From: Geosiphon pyriformis uo1 | Taxonomy: Eukaryota > Fungi > Glomeromycota | DNA: 64,000 nucleotides | NCBI GenBank assembly: GCA_016748015.1 | Contig: JAAOMT010000439.1 | Span: 207,527-271,526, forward strand | Direction of reading: 5' to 3' | In this document: positions 24,401 through 36,900 of the stretch, piece after piece | Layout of the letters: every line of letters starts with the position of its first letter | Numbering within the stretch: the first letter of the stretch is position 1 | Notes under the pieces: model-generated | Databases searched by the model: none | The model's input: only the letters and a program-made list of their open reading frames with translations | Told to the model about the DNA's origin: nothing | Translations under genes and position numbers: made by a program

Positions 24401-27400
24401 ACAACTTGGGAATAGGATGAGAAAGAAAAAGAAAAAGAAAAAGTGAAGGAAGTAGAGCCACTACCAACTGCTATTTACATCTCTTACACATATACACCAA
24501 CACAACAATCAAGCTATCGTCGACCAAAGCTGATATGCATTGATTGTGACAAGAAATTGTCATTAATGGGCACATGCTGTGGCGACAATGAGGAATACCA
24601 AATGGTAACCAAATTCTACTGCCGTGCATGCATCATAAAATGCTTTGGATGACCAAAATGACAAGGAAAATAGGACAACAAACTTTGTCTAGTTTGTGGA
24701 GAAACCTTACTCAACAAAGGAATGTGGAACGACATTTCTAAATAAGGAGAGATGTGCAACACTTTGTGCCAATACACAATTCTTATCAGTGACTGGGTTA
24801 AGAAAGAAACACCAATAAAAGCCATCTGGAGAAGAGCTGTACAGCAATTAGACAGTTGTCCACACAACAACAACAAATTATGGAGAATGGCAATAGCTAA
24901 AATGGAAGGAACATCACCTGAGAAAATTAGAGAAATTAAAAACAACTTATCAGAATCTATAGAACTTGACTAAGACTCAAAACCAGTTATAAATCTTCTA
25001 GATTCAGAACAATTTTATGAACACTACTAGAAACTAGCACCCACAAGAAAAGAGCAAGAGCAATACTTGGAGCAGTTAAATACTTGATTATGTCAATATT
25101 GCTTAATTCCCTGTGACTTCTAATATTGTAATGAGTGTGACCTTATTTACAATCTACCACTATGCATGATCTACATAATCTCAGAAGAAGACTAACCAAT
25201 GAGCAGCTGCACATCAGAATTGGAATCAAATTTTAATCCAATTCAAACTTTGACAATAATGATGATGAAAATAATGATTCTAGCTTCGTTCAAAATGGCA
25301 ACAAAAATATCAACAATTCAGACTCTAATTCAAACCCTGAAATATATATTGCACTTTCTGATCTCTTCAAGAAGCAGGAACTCAAATAGTATAGTAACAA
25401 TAATAAAGGTATCATGCCAGAACATGTGCATAATACCAATGCAGAGTTTGATCTAAGATATCCAGAGAAGGATGCCATCAAATTGGAACCACATTCATGC
25501 ACATATATTGATCTTAAGATAGCACTGAAAATTCCAGTGACAACAATAGTCCAATTAGCATCTAAAAGTAGTCTAGCAAAAAAGGGAATTAACATCAAAG
25601 GAGGAATAATTAATGCAGAATATGTAGAAAATATTATTGCTATACTACAAAATAATTCAGAAAAGGCATATATTATAGAGCCAAATGAAAAGATAGCACA
25701 AACAATATTTCTACTTTTGATAAAAGTAGCTTAATTAGTCTTAGTAGAAAACAGGAAAGAACTAGGGATCACAACTAGAGGGATACAGAGATTTAGATTA
25801 ATAAGTAGAATAAATATACTAGTTAATATGGCAGAGAAAGAGATTATTGACAAAAGAAAAATTATCTCAACCTGTCAATTAATTTTTATTCTATCATATG
25901 ATCAGTATATGTTAACCATAAAAAGAAAAGTAAAGAATCAAGCTCAGTTGTTTGAAACAAAAGCCACCATTTGCAAATCAGGAGAGATTGAACTTATTAA
26001 TCTCTACATATCAGCCAAAAGCCTCAAAAATATCAAAATTCCCATCTATAACACAATGGAAAGTGTTATTGAAATACCAAAAGGAACCATCATTGGATAT
26101 TTAACCACCAAAGTTGAGGATCAACCACCAAACCACATTCCAGATTTTCCATAGCTTTGCAGATATGTGGACATCACATCACAAACCATTTATGGATGAA
26201 GCAAATGTTATCTGCTCCAACCAAAACAATAGAAACAGATAAACATGGGAAATCTAGACCCACTCCAACAGATGCAACTAAAGATATTATTTAGCAATTT
26301 CAATGACATCTTTACTAGCAAAAATGAATTTGGCTGTACCAACATAATTCAGCACTAAATCAAAACTGGAGATACAATGCCAATAAAACAAAAAGCATAT
26401 AGAGTACCACCAGCCAGCCATGAAATTATTTGTCAAAAAATTAATTGAATGCTCGACAACAGGCTAATTCAGCCATTAATAAGCCCATGGTTATTACCAG
26501 TGATACTAGTCTGGAAAAAGAATGGAAAAATCCGTTTTTGTGTGGATTATTGAAAACTGAATAGAATAATTAAAGGTAATAGTTATCCAACTCCAAAAAT
26601 CCAAGAACTATTCAATGCTTTTGGAAGAAACAAATGGTTCTCAACACTAGATTTAGATAGTGGTTACTGACAAGTAGCCATGGATCCAGCTGACAAAAAG
26701 AAAACAGCATTTACCACAAGAGAGAGAAATTTTGAGTTTGAAGTTATGTCATTTGGCTTGATGAATGCCCCAGCAATATTTCAATGGCTTATGAAAATTG
26801 TGTATATTAGATTACTATAGAAATCAGTAGTTGTTTATTTAGATAACACAAATGTGTTCTCAAAAACATTCAATGATCATTTTCACCATCTTCAACAAGT
26901 ATTTAAAAGACTCAGACAAGCAGGATTGAAACTAAATGCCAACAAATGCTTCTTTAAAAAAACAGAACTAAAGTTTTTGGGACATGTTGTGAGCAAAGAT
27001 AGCATCAAAATGGATCCAGACAAGATTGAAGTTGTCAAGAACTTTCCAGTACCAAACAATTTCACAGAACTAAGAGCATTTTTGGAATTCACAGAGTACT
27101 ATTGCCACTTTATCAAAGACTTTTCTAAACTGGCCTAGCCACTCCATCAGTTACAAACTAAGAATGTGAAGTATGAATGGACAGAAGCTTAACAAAAAGT
27201 ATTTGACACACTAAGAAGAAAGCTTATTCAAGCTCTAATGTTGATGTATCCAGATTACAACAAACCATTCATCATTACCACTTATGTATCAGGCCAGGCA
27301 TTGGGAGCAGTATTATTACAGAAAAAACCAGATGGAAGAGAACATTCAGTAGCTTACGCCAATAAAAGCTTAAGTTCAGCTGAAAAAAATTATGGAACAC

Positions 27401-29043
27401 CAGCATTAGAACACTTAGCAATCTATTGGGCAGTCATGAAATGGAAAAAATACTTGAGCCAAAAGTTTGAAATATATATGGATCACAAAGAATTGACTTC
27501 AATTCAAAAACAAGAATTTGAAGATGACTACCATGCCAGATGGAAAATAGAACTGTTATCATTCAATTATACAGTACATTATAAAAAAAAAAAAGACAAT
27601 GAAAATGCCAACAGTTTGTTACAAATGAGACAAATCTAAAAACACTTCAACCCAAAAATATAACAAAAGATAAATATACAAAAATACCAACAACTTCAAC
27701 ATTATATAAATACTCAATTGTTCAAGAAAAAATTATCTCAAAAGGAACAAAATAACATAAAACAACAATCAAAATATTTTATCAATCATCAAAATATACT
27801 TTACCAAAAAAACAAAAAAACTTCAGACCAGCCAACAAGAGTAATTACAGAACTAGAAAAAGAGACAGTATTGTTTAACATGCACTCAGATCCAACAGCA
27901 GGACATTTTCATAAAAAAACAACCATAGAAAGAACTAGAAAAAGATACTATTGGCCATCAATGTATTAAGACATTATCTAATATGTTCAAAATTGTGATG
28001 CTTGTCAGGAAAGAGAAGGAACAAAATCCAGTGAACCATTGAAACCAATTAAAGTGGAACAACTATTTGATCACATTGGAATTGATTTAGTAGGACCATT
28101 AACAATTACCAGCAGAGGCAACAGATATATTGCAATGGCTATGGACTATCTCACTAAATGGCCAGAAGCAAAAGCCATTCAAAGAGCAGGTGCAGAATCC
28201 ATTGCCAAATTTGTTCATCAAAATCTGATCTGTCAATACGGATGTCCAAAAGAATTATTATTGGATCAAGGAACTCACTTTGTAAATAGAACATTAGCAA
28301 AATTAAGCCAAAGATTTGGAATAAAAAAACCATTATCATTACCATACCATCCACAAACAAATGGGTTAGTTGAAAAGTTCAACAGAACACTGTGTGAAGC
28401 AATAGCCAAAATTAGTTAAGAAAACCAGGATGAATGAGATTTGTTTATACCATCAGTATTATTTGCTTATCAGACAATAAAGCAAGATACCACACAAGCA
28501 ATACCATTTAAATTAATATATGATAGAACAGCAACATTACCAGTTGAGATAAAGGTCAATACATATTTAACTAAACCAATAATAGAAGATAATTTCCAAG
28601 AAACATTGTTGAGAAAAACATATGACTTAATAGAAACACTAGAAAACAAATGACAAAAAGCAGCTGATAACATCCAAAAGTCACAAGAAAAGCAAAAAAA
28701 ATGACATAATAACCAACTACCAGATAAACCAGTTGAATTTAAGATTGAAGACAAAGTACTATTACATTGTACCAAAGCAAAAAAACAATGGAATGGAAAA
28801 TTTGACTCCAAATAGAACAGATCATTTCACATAGAAGAAATTTTAGGAAATGGAACTTATAAATTAAGATGGGACAACAAAATCTTAGCACATGGTGATT
28901 AACTGAAACCATATTACCAGATAGTATCATCATTCATCAATAACATTCCACAACTAAGAGTACAAAGAATACTAGTTCAATCAGATGAGATTCTATGAGA
29001 TCTGGAACCAATCATAGTTATTGAACCAAACACATCAAATTAA
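21455..29043 (+). pseudogene. Gypsy gag-pol pseudogene
   Basis: Gag capsid (22.4-23.0 kb), knuckle CHYCGKQEH (~23154), protease LILNSRSAGSII (DSG decayed, ~23861), RT RFCVDY..LDLDSGY..YLDN..FLGHVV, RNase H GAVLLQ..VAYANKSL, integrase GHF..YYWP..GIDLVGP..DYLTKW..YHPQTNGLVE. Confidence 0.93.
25400..25803 (+). pseudogene. dut: dUTPase domain within Gypsy pol
   Basis: Five motifs in order: NAEFDL (AGFDL), ASKSSLA (RSS), GGIINAEY (IDAGY), EKIAQ, RGIQRFR (RG-GFGS). Confidence 0.88.
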
Positions 29044-29749
29044 ACAATCAAAAGAGTATATAAAAACACAAATACATATGACAAAAGCAACCAAGAAAAA
29101 TGGAAATACCAAATTATATTCACACTATAGTGCAACAATTGTTTCAGGTCTTAAGTTAACAACAGTTAGACATGGAAATTGTTATTAACAACCAAATAAT
29201 TTGCTATTGAAACACCCAAAGAAAGACAAAGAAGACACCATATCAGTGGCCACCAAAGAATGATAAAAACTGGACAGATAACTTAATAGAAAAAATGAAG
29301 AACACTTTTGGGAAAATACTTATTATGGCACCAACAGAAGAGCTTACAAAAGAAAATTGAAAGCAATAGACAGAACTACTTCCAATATCATATTGCTATT
29401 ACCAGTTAGGTCAAAAGTTGAATATTCAAAAGTTGTATATTAACAAATTCAAGAAAATATTTAACCAAGACATAATACAACAAATTAAAAAATTTATCAG
29501 AAAGAAAACAAATTCAACACTACATGTTAAAACAATATACCAACTACACAACATATTTTGGAACTATTTAAAAATACTGTTATACTCTGATATGGAGACC
29601 ATAACCATTAACCAATGGGGAAGAATAAACAATACACAAGTAGAAGATGTGAAAAACAGAGTCAAACAAACAATACTTGAAAAAAAAGTATTAGAATTAA
29701 TTTAAAATAAAAATTTTGATAGAGCTCAATATTAAAAAGGAAGAGATAA

Positions 29750-30629
29750 TATTACTTATAAAAAGGAAAACAGATATAAAAAAATAGTAGGCCAATAAAA
29801 AAGTAGTAGTTAGCACATGAGCACATTGCTCAGCAATATGAAGCAATATCAGAAATCATGACACATCACTCAGCAATATGGAACAATGTCAGAAATCACA
29901 GCACATTGCTCAACAATGTGGAGCAATATCAAAAAAATATGGCACATTGCTAAGCAATATGAGCATTGCTTGAGAAATTATAGCACATCGCTTGAAAATG
30001 TGAGCAATCTTATAGAATCCAAATTATGTATATATAGTGGTAACATTAAAAGTAGAAAAAACAGACCTCTCAGTTTAGATTTCATTTAAGCAACCTTCCA
30101 ATTCATAAATATCAATAAATAATTATTTACTATCTCAATCCACTCTCCACTATTAACATTTCATGTTGATAGCAATTAATATTTAACCACACTGGAACAA
30201 TAGCTCTTGATCATGGCTATTGACGGAATACTAACTTGCAATTGCATTGGCTTATTTTTCTTTATTTTTTTTATTTTCTTTTTCTTTGATTTTATTGTTG
30301 TGTACTAAATTGATTAAGAGGATTAAGCACTAAGATACAGATGTCATAGGGACTAGTAAAAAACCTGTGAAACAAGGGTAGAACACTCATAGATTTGAGG
30401 ATAGCTTACCAGAAGAATTACCAGCCATCACGCTGAGAAAAAAATTTGACAGAATTGTGATTCTGGAAGACTATTAAAACAATTGTAAAATCTCTGTTTA
30501 TTATACAAAAGACTTTACAACAAACCTTCAGATTAGTAAAACCTTCAGATAACAACCCCAGAATACCAACCAAGCACCAAGTTACAGATTTGTTATTTGA
30601 TTTGAGACCCCAAATAATCATCTGTAACA
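29750..30629 (+). repeat. 3' LTR (880 nt)
   Basis: Starts TATTAC (TG decayed to TA) after the PPT and ends TGTAACA. It has two more ~39-nt repeat units than the 5' LTR. Confidence 0.95.
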
Positions 30630-33600
30630 ATAATCTTAAAAAAAGCTATTTTGAATAAACAGTTCTTTTATTTAGTTTTAGTTGTGTTGTAATCTATTGT
30701 TAATTATAGAACTTAATTTAGTTTTGTTTCTAAAAGTGTATACAACAAATAAAACATGCTTATTAAAAAGAGTTTGAAAGTAAAAGCTAATTTACTAAGA
30801 AATTTTTTCAGTAAAACTTTTTATTATCTATTTTTGTATAACTTAAAAACATTTAAACAAATACAAATAAAAAATAAAGTGGCTTCTATATTAAGTTTTT
30901 TAAATGCTAATAGTATTTTAAGTCATTTGTTTAATTATAAGTTTTTGGATTTACAAGTATTGAATTGGTTTTTCAATTATTTATTATAGTATTTTACAAA
31001 ATTAAAAATTAGTCTAATTAATAATTTTTTGGCTAGTATAATAAAAGTATTTTTGGATTATAATATTTTTTTTGCAAACAATCTACTCTTTATATTTTGT
31101 TTTTCTAGTAGTACTTTGATGTTTTCTGTTTTAAAAAGTTTAGTTTTTTATGATGTTTTTTGCTTACTTAAAAAATTTAACATTGCTTTTATTAAGCAGT
31201 TATACAATAAAAAAGTTTGGTTTTTGATTGAAAAATTTTTGTTATTGGAAAAAACTAGATTTTAAAAGTTTAATTCTTATTTAGTTCAAATTTGTATGTA
31301 ATTATTTAATTAATATTGTTTTTTATTCTGCTAACTAATTATTTATTAATGGTTTGTAACTTTTAGATATTTTTAGTTCTAATAATTTTTCAGCAATAAA
31401 AAAATGTCTTTCTAATGCTAATTTAAATATTATTAATATTTACACAGATGAATCTTTGAAAAACTTAGATACACAAAACATAAAGTGTGATATAACTGCA
31501 TTTTTTGCTAACTTGAATTTGAATATAGGTGTTAAAGTTGAAAATCTGGTTTCTTTTATGTTGGCAAAATTGTAGACAATTGCTTTGGTCTTAGAATATG
31601 TTCTTGTTTTTAGTGTTATTATAATGTTTTAGATAGTTAAGCTGCTTTAGATACTTATGTTATAGAAATAAACATAGTTTTATTGAATTTTTATAACTAT
31701 TGTTGGCTTAAAAAAAGTTGTATTGCAAACTTGGTCAGACATAAAACTTTAATATTTTCTGGTTTAAAGTTAAAGACTATTTGGGTGTTTTAGATAATAA
31801 GTGTATTAATAAGCTAGTTAATATTGTTTTTTGTTTAAATTTAGTGTTTTTTGTTCTTGTTAAAAAGAGATATATTAAGGCTAATAAAGTAATAGTATTT
31901 AAAAATGATTGTTATTTTGTTTATGATGTTTTTAAAATAATTTATTGTATTTGTTAAAAGATTAAATCTGATTTTGGTATTATTAATAAAAACATAATCA
32001 AGAATATAGATTGGGTTCAGATAATATCAGTTTGGCATCCTAATTTGCATATGACTTCTAATTTTATAAGTAAATTTACTGCTAGTTTGTATTTATATTT
32101 TATTAAGGCTTTATATTATTATTTGTTTATTGCTATTTGTAAATATTTGTATAATAGAAAGTATTCTAGTATATTGTGTCTTTATTGCTTATTTTTTTAT
32201 ATGCAAAATAAATGTTGTTGTTTACAAAGAATTGTTTAAATCATATTTGATTCAGTGAAGTTTTATGTTAAGTTTGGATTTATTATTATTTTGTGTTTTG
32301 TAGATGCTTTTTTTATATGTATCTAATAATGTAGTTTATACTGCTTTGTATAAGAGTTTTGTGTTTAAAAAATAGTATTTAAAAACTGTGTTTGTTTTTA
32401 GTTATGTTAAGACTATAGATAAAAAAGTTATTGACTTTATACAAGACTTAAAAATAGCTTATTGTATTGAAATATAGTTAGTAAGATCTAAATATAAAAC
32501 AATTCTGAAAAAAAGTAGTTTAATTGCATATAATAATTCTGTGTTTTTAATGATCTATGGTTTACTATCTTTATTCTCTAATAGTATTATTAAGTTACTT
32601 AGAATTGTGAAAACATATAGTATTGGTTTAATTTATGTAAGCTTTATATGTTTTTTTCTAATATTAGTTATGAAATTTCTATTAAGATAAATTTGTAGTG
32701 TTGTTCTAATTGGTCCAAGTAACTGGTTATATGTAAAAAGCATATAATTTGTGCTTAGTTTAGATTATTTAGTTTGATATATTGTGCTAAGTAATATTTG
32801 AATCTTATTTGTAAAATAATAATAATAATAATAATAAATAAAATTTAAAAAATTCAAAATATAATTTATATAAAAAACCACAACCAAAAAATCAAATAAT
32901 ATACAAATTTTTTTAATATTATATTCTAAAAATTTAATTATTTTACCAAATTATAAAACTTAATTTAATAAATTTATTTATAATATTATTAATTAAAACA
33001 AAATAAATAATTTTTTTAATTTTTTTAAGTAAATATTTTATATATACAAATTATTATTTTTAATAACTATAAAAAAACATTTGTTGTTTATTTTAGTAAT
33101 TAATTTATATTAATAAATCTATTTAAATTTAAAGTTTATTATTAAAAACAATAAAATAAAAAATAAATTTTTTTTTTAAATAAATAATAACAAGATAATT
33201 TAATTTTTAATAATATATACTTAATAATTTTTTAAACTAATATTACAAAAATATTTTTTTAATATATTAATTATTAATGTTTCTAATTTATTATGATTAG
33301 TTTATAAGTTTTTAAATTTTGATTCTTTTGTATATTTATGTATTTTTTCTTAAAAACTAATCTAGAATTTATTTGCTATCATTAAAATTTTTTTAAACTT
33401 ATTTTTGTAATTAATTAAAGTATTTTTGAATTTAAAAACATAGAATATTAATAATTTTTTAGTATTTTTCTTAATTTTAACAATAAAGTTTTAATTAATT
33501 AAATAATAAAATAAATAATTTTAATTAAAAATTATTTTTCTAAAAAATTTAATTAATAAATGAAATAAATTCACAATAATAATTTAGTATTTAATATTAT

Positions 33601-33927
33601 TATTTATTTATTTTTAATTAATTAAAGATTTATTTAAATGTTTATTTAAAAATAAAAACCAAAAAACAATTTTTTTAATATTAAAAACTATTATATATAT
33701 ATATAATTTTATAAAAAACATATTGTAATACTTTATTTTTAAGAATTTTAAATAATGTTTGTTATTATTATATTATAATATTTATTATTATTATTATTTT
33801 TTTTTTATTGCTTTACGAGTGAGATCCAAACACTACCTAGTGCTATACATTAAAGAAATGACCTAAACTAGATGTAAATCATGCATTTTCCACACATGAC
33901 CAGCCACTTGAGCTAATCAAAACAATA

Positions 33928-36900
33928 CTACACAGCTATGTGAACTGAAACTGAGTCATTCATGTCTGAAAAAAATAAACAAGATTTGTGAAAGCCAAAA
34001 TGAACACCAAAAGCATCAGCAATGCCAAGCAATTTGACCACTCCAGCTGACAACTCTGAAACCAAACCAGAAATCGAAATGAGAGCTGAACTATTAAGAG
34101 AAATTAACCTATTCTTCTCCATGTAAGCACAATGTTTGGCATGAACTGACTAGACATCATTTCTAAAAGCAAGATTAAGAGAGCACACAAATTTGACAAT
34201 CTCCAAACCAGCAACCTTGGGATCATGAAAAATAATGACTGCTGTTACCAGAGGTTTTCGATCTCTTTTCTTAAATGTTGGTAATGTTGATTTGCTGTGA
34301 ATTCACATTTTCAGGAAGTAGTTGAACCTCCAATAACTGAATTTTATCTTCAAATTATTTCCTATAATTTGAACTGCTGGGTTTATAAGTGGAATGACCA
34401 ATTCCTTGCCAGTTACTTTATGTAGTTACATTGTAGTAAACATCAACTCTTTCCCAGGAATTGCTTATCTGGAAGCTCACTAAAAATGTGTAGTTACTTT
34501 GCTGTAAAAGTCAACTCTTCTACAGGAATCTTGTCTGTAGGCTACCCTAATAATTATAGTAAAAAAAATAAAAAAAAATAAAAGAAATGTAAAAGAAATA
34601 GAATTTTGTCAAGAGAAACGTTTTCTATCCAGGCCTGGAGTCACTAACAGTTTACTGAAATTGGTAGCTAATCAATTTCAAAACGTTAGTTGGGTTTTGG
34701 GAATTTTCTAAGTGCAATAATTAAAGAATTTGGTTTTTCGAATTATTTGATATTTATTTCTCTTTGTGTGTATAGGAATGGTTCTAAGTAATAAATCTAA
34801 AGTAAGATACATTTTTCAGAAGAGAAAAGCTCTTCTTTTATACAACTTATTGTAGTACTAGTTTATGAACTTGCACTTTTTTTCTCTTTGCCCAAATTCC
34901 GGCAAACTAAAAATACATTTTGATGAACTACAAGTTATTTCGCTGAACTATTGATTAATTTGGGTGAACTATTCATAATTTCGGCAAATTTCTGTAAATT
35001 TCGGCAAATTTCTTATAAATTTCGGCAAATTTCTATAAATTTCGGCAAATTTTTGAATGTTACAAAGTTCAGGGTATTGTGTAATTTGATCATCTTACTT
35101 TCTGTTATACTAATTAGATTATTTTAATTAAATCGTGATATGTGATAATTGATTAAATAATAAATGATAATTTGAAATAATATTAATATATTAATGAATT
35201 ATAGGAATTATAAGAGTAATTTCATGCTAATTAATAGCTAAAATTCTACTGGTAACACTGCTTCATGAAACCAATCATTAAAAACAAAACCCTTAAAGAA
35301 TGCTGTGAACAAAGAGAAGTTAGAAACACACAAAAACAACAGTTGTAGTATGCCCAAAAAAGAATGAGAAAAACCAGAAACCACTTTTTAGAAGTTCACA
35401 TAGAATTCCAACAACTAACTTTAAATGGAATTGTTAATCTTATAAAAGAATACATGATCCGAAGCTTTCATATTATCACAATATAAGCACAACATACTAG
35501 GATATGATCTATTATAAAGGCACTTTTGAATGGCAATTGGCAACTGGTAATGCAAAGCCTTTATAAAATAAGTACATGCATTAGCCGAGAGTCTGCTGGT
35601 AAAACCAGCAGTCATGTGCAAATCAGAGTGCCAAACCAAAGATGAATGGTGCCAGTTAACCTCAGAAAGCAAACCACTTGCTAAAAATCTGGAACCAGAA
35701 CCAATCTCCCAGTGTGCATGACAAACCAAATGATAAATATCACAAACAAAATGTCTGAAATTGCCAGAAACCACACCATCATCAGTCATTATGAAGTGTT
35801 CACCCAAGTGAAGAGGAAGATACCAATTAGAGAGAGAAGTGGCACCAGCAATTGCATTAGTGCACTCATTTCCTGTAATACTAGAGTGGTTTTTAACCTT
35901 ATGCCAGCTGACTTTCAAATTCTTACTGCGAATAACATTGGTAATATGATAATGTTTGACCCAACACAGATTACGAAAGTTGGGATATACCAGACCCAAT
36001 TCTGACTTACAAGCATCTAGAGTAAATTGACTATCCAAAAACAAATCAACAGAGCACAGAGGTAGGACACACTTTAGAGCCAGTGCTATAGTCTACAACT
36101 CTGTCAAAGTAGACGACATCAAATCCAACACACCAACACCCAAACCCAAATCAATGTTCTCAAAAAAGGCAGCAGTGCCAGCTCTACAGCCAACTAAGCC
36201 CAGATTACTAAGAGACTCATCTGTATATACTGACAAACTGTTAGCACTAACTTGTGAGAGACAATCACAAATAGAAACAAAACCCTGAGATTCAAGAATG
36301 TTTAAAGAACCAACACTATTCAAAACTGAAAGGCAAGTGGGAGATAGACTTTCATCATTAAGAAACACAACAGAAAGCTTGAACTATTTAGGAACAGGGC
36401 CAGGGGTCCAATCTCTTCCAACACTTGAAAGTATACCAATCAAAGACAGAATCATAATGATCATAAAGTTGATCTACAAAAGCAATACTATACTGTTGGA
36501 GAGAAGGGAAAAACCTATGAAATTGTGATTCATCTAGAACAACAAACATAAGGATCTCACCATGAAACTGAAAGGAATTGGCCAGAGAGCCATCTAAGAA
36601 CAAATTGCAATCAAAAAGAATGCAAATCATGCCTGTCAGAAAGTTATTAGAAGCACTAACATGAATATGCACAGAAGAACACAATGGATGAACAGGATGC
36701 CAGCACAGAACTTGCAAGTTATGGGACCTGTAAGAGAACAAATGACCCAAGATGCTATCAGAGTTCACAAAACTAATAAGAGAGGCCATCTTGCTTTCAA
36801 ACTGAACTTAAATGAAAAACTTCAAATTATAAAAGGAAGGATGATGGATTGTATCACTAGAAAAATTGAAAGGTAGGCCAGATTTGAACTTCAAGTCTTT

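Larger units (their letters stand above)
20582..30629 (+). mobile_element. Full-length Ty3/Gypsy LTR retrotransposon (~10 kb) with dUTPase, inactivated by many stops
   Basis: Paired LTRs, PBS, PPT (29734-29746), domain order gag-PR-(Cys-rich)-dUTPase-RT-RNase H-IN. The 4-bp TSD is ATGG/ATAA; removing the element restores the LINE frame aat atg gtc tta aaa. Confidence 0.95.
16130..32830 (+). mobile_element. Heavily degenerate full-length LINE (ORF1; APE-RT-RNase H ORF2), interrupted by Gypsy element at 20582-30629
   Basis: Colinear with the better-preserved LINE at 33.8-41.7 kb: ORF1 ATG 16243, RT remnants (~19760 KPIALIE; ~19970 DMQKAYN; ~20315 GAFIDNT), RNase H remnant IYTDESL at ~31440, shared 3' UTR at 32700-32815 and a (TAA)n tail. 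Confidence 0.85.

Noticed and set aside
28900-29043. Chromodomain at the integrase C-terminus
   Set aside because: No chromodomain aromatic pattern is readable after the GPF-like motif.
34977-35055. Short direct repeats resembling a CRISPR array (also 29820-30003)
   Set aside because: Head-to-tail units without unique spacers, inside LTRs of a eukaryotic genome, no cas genes.
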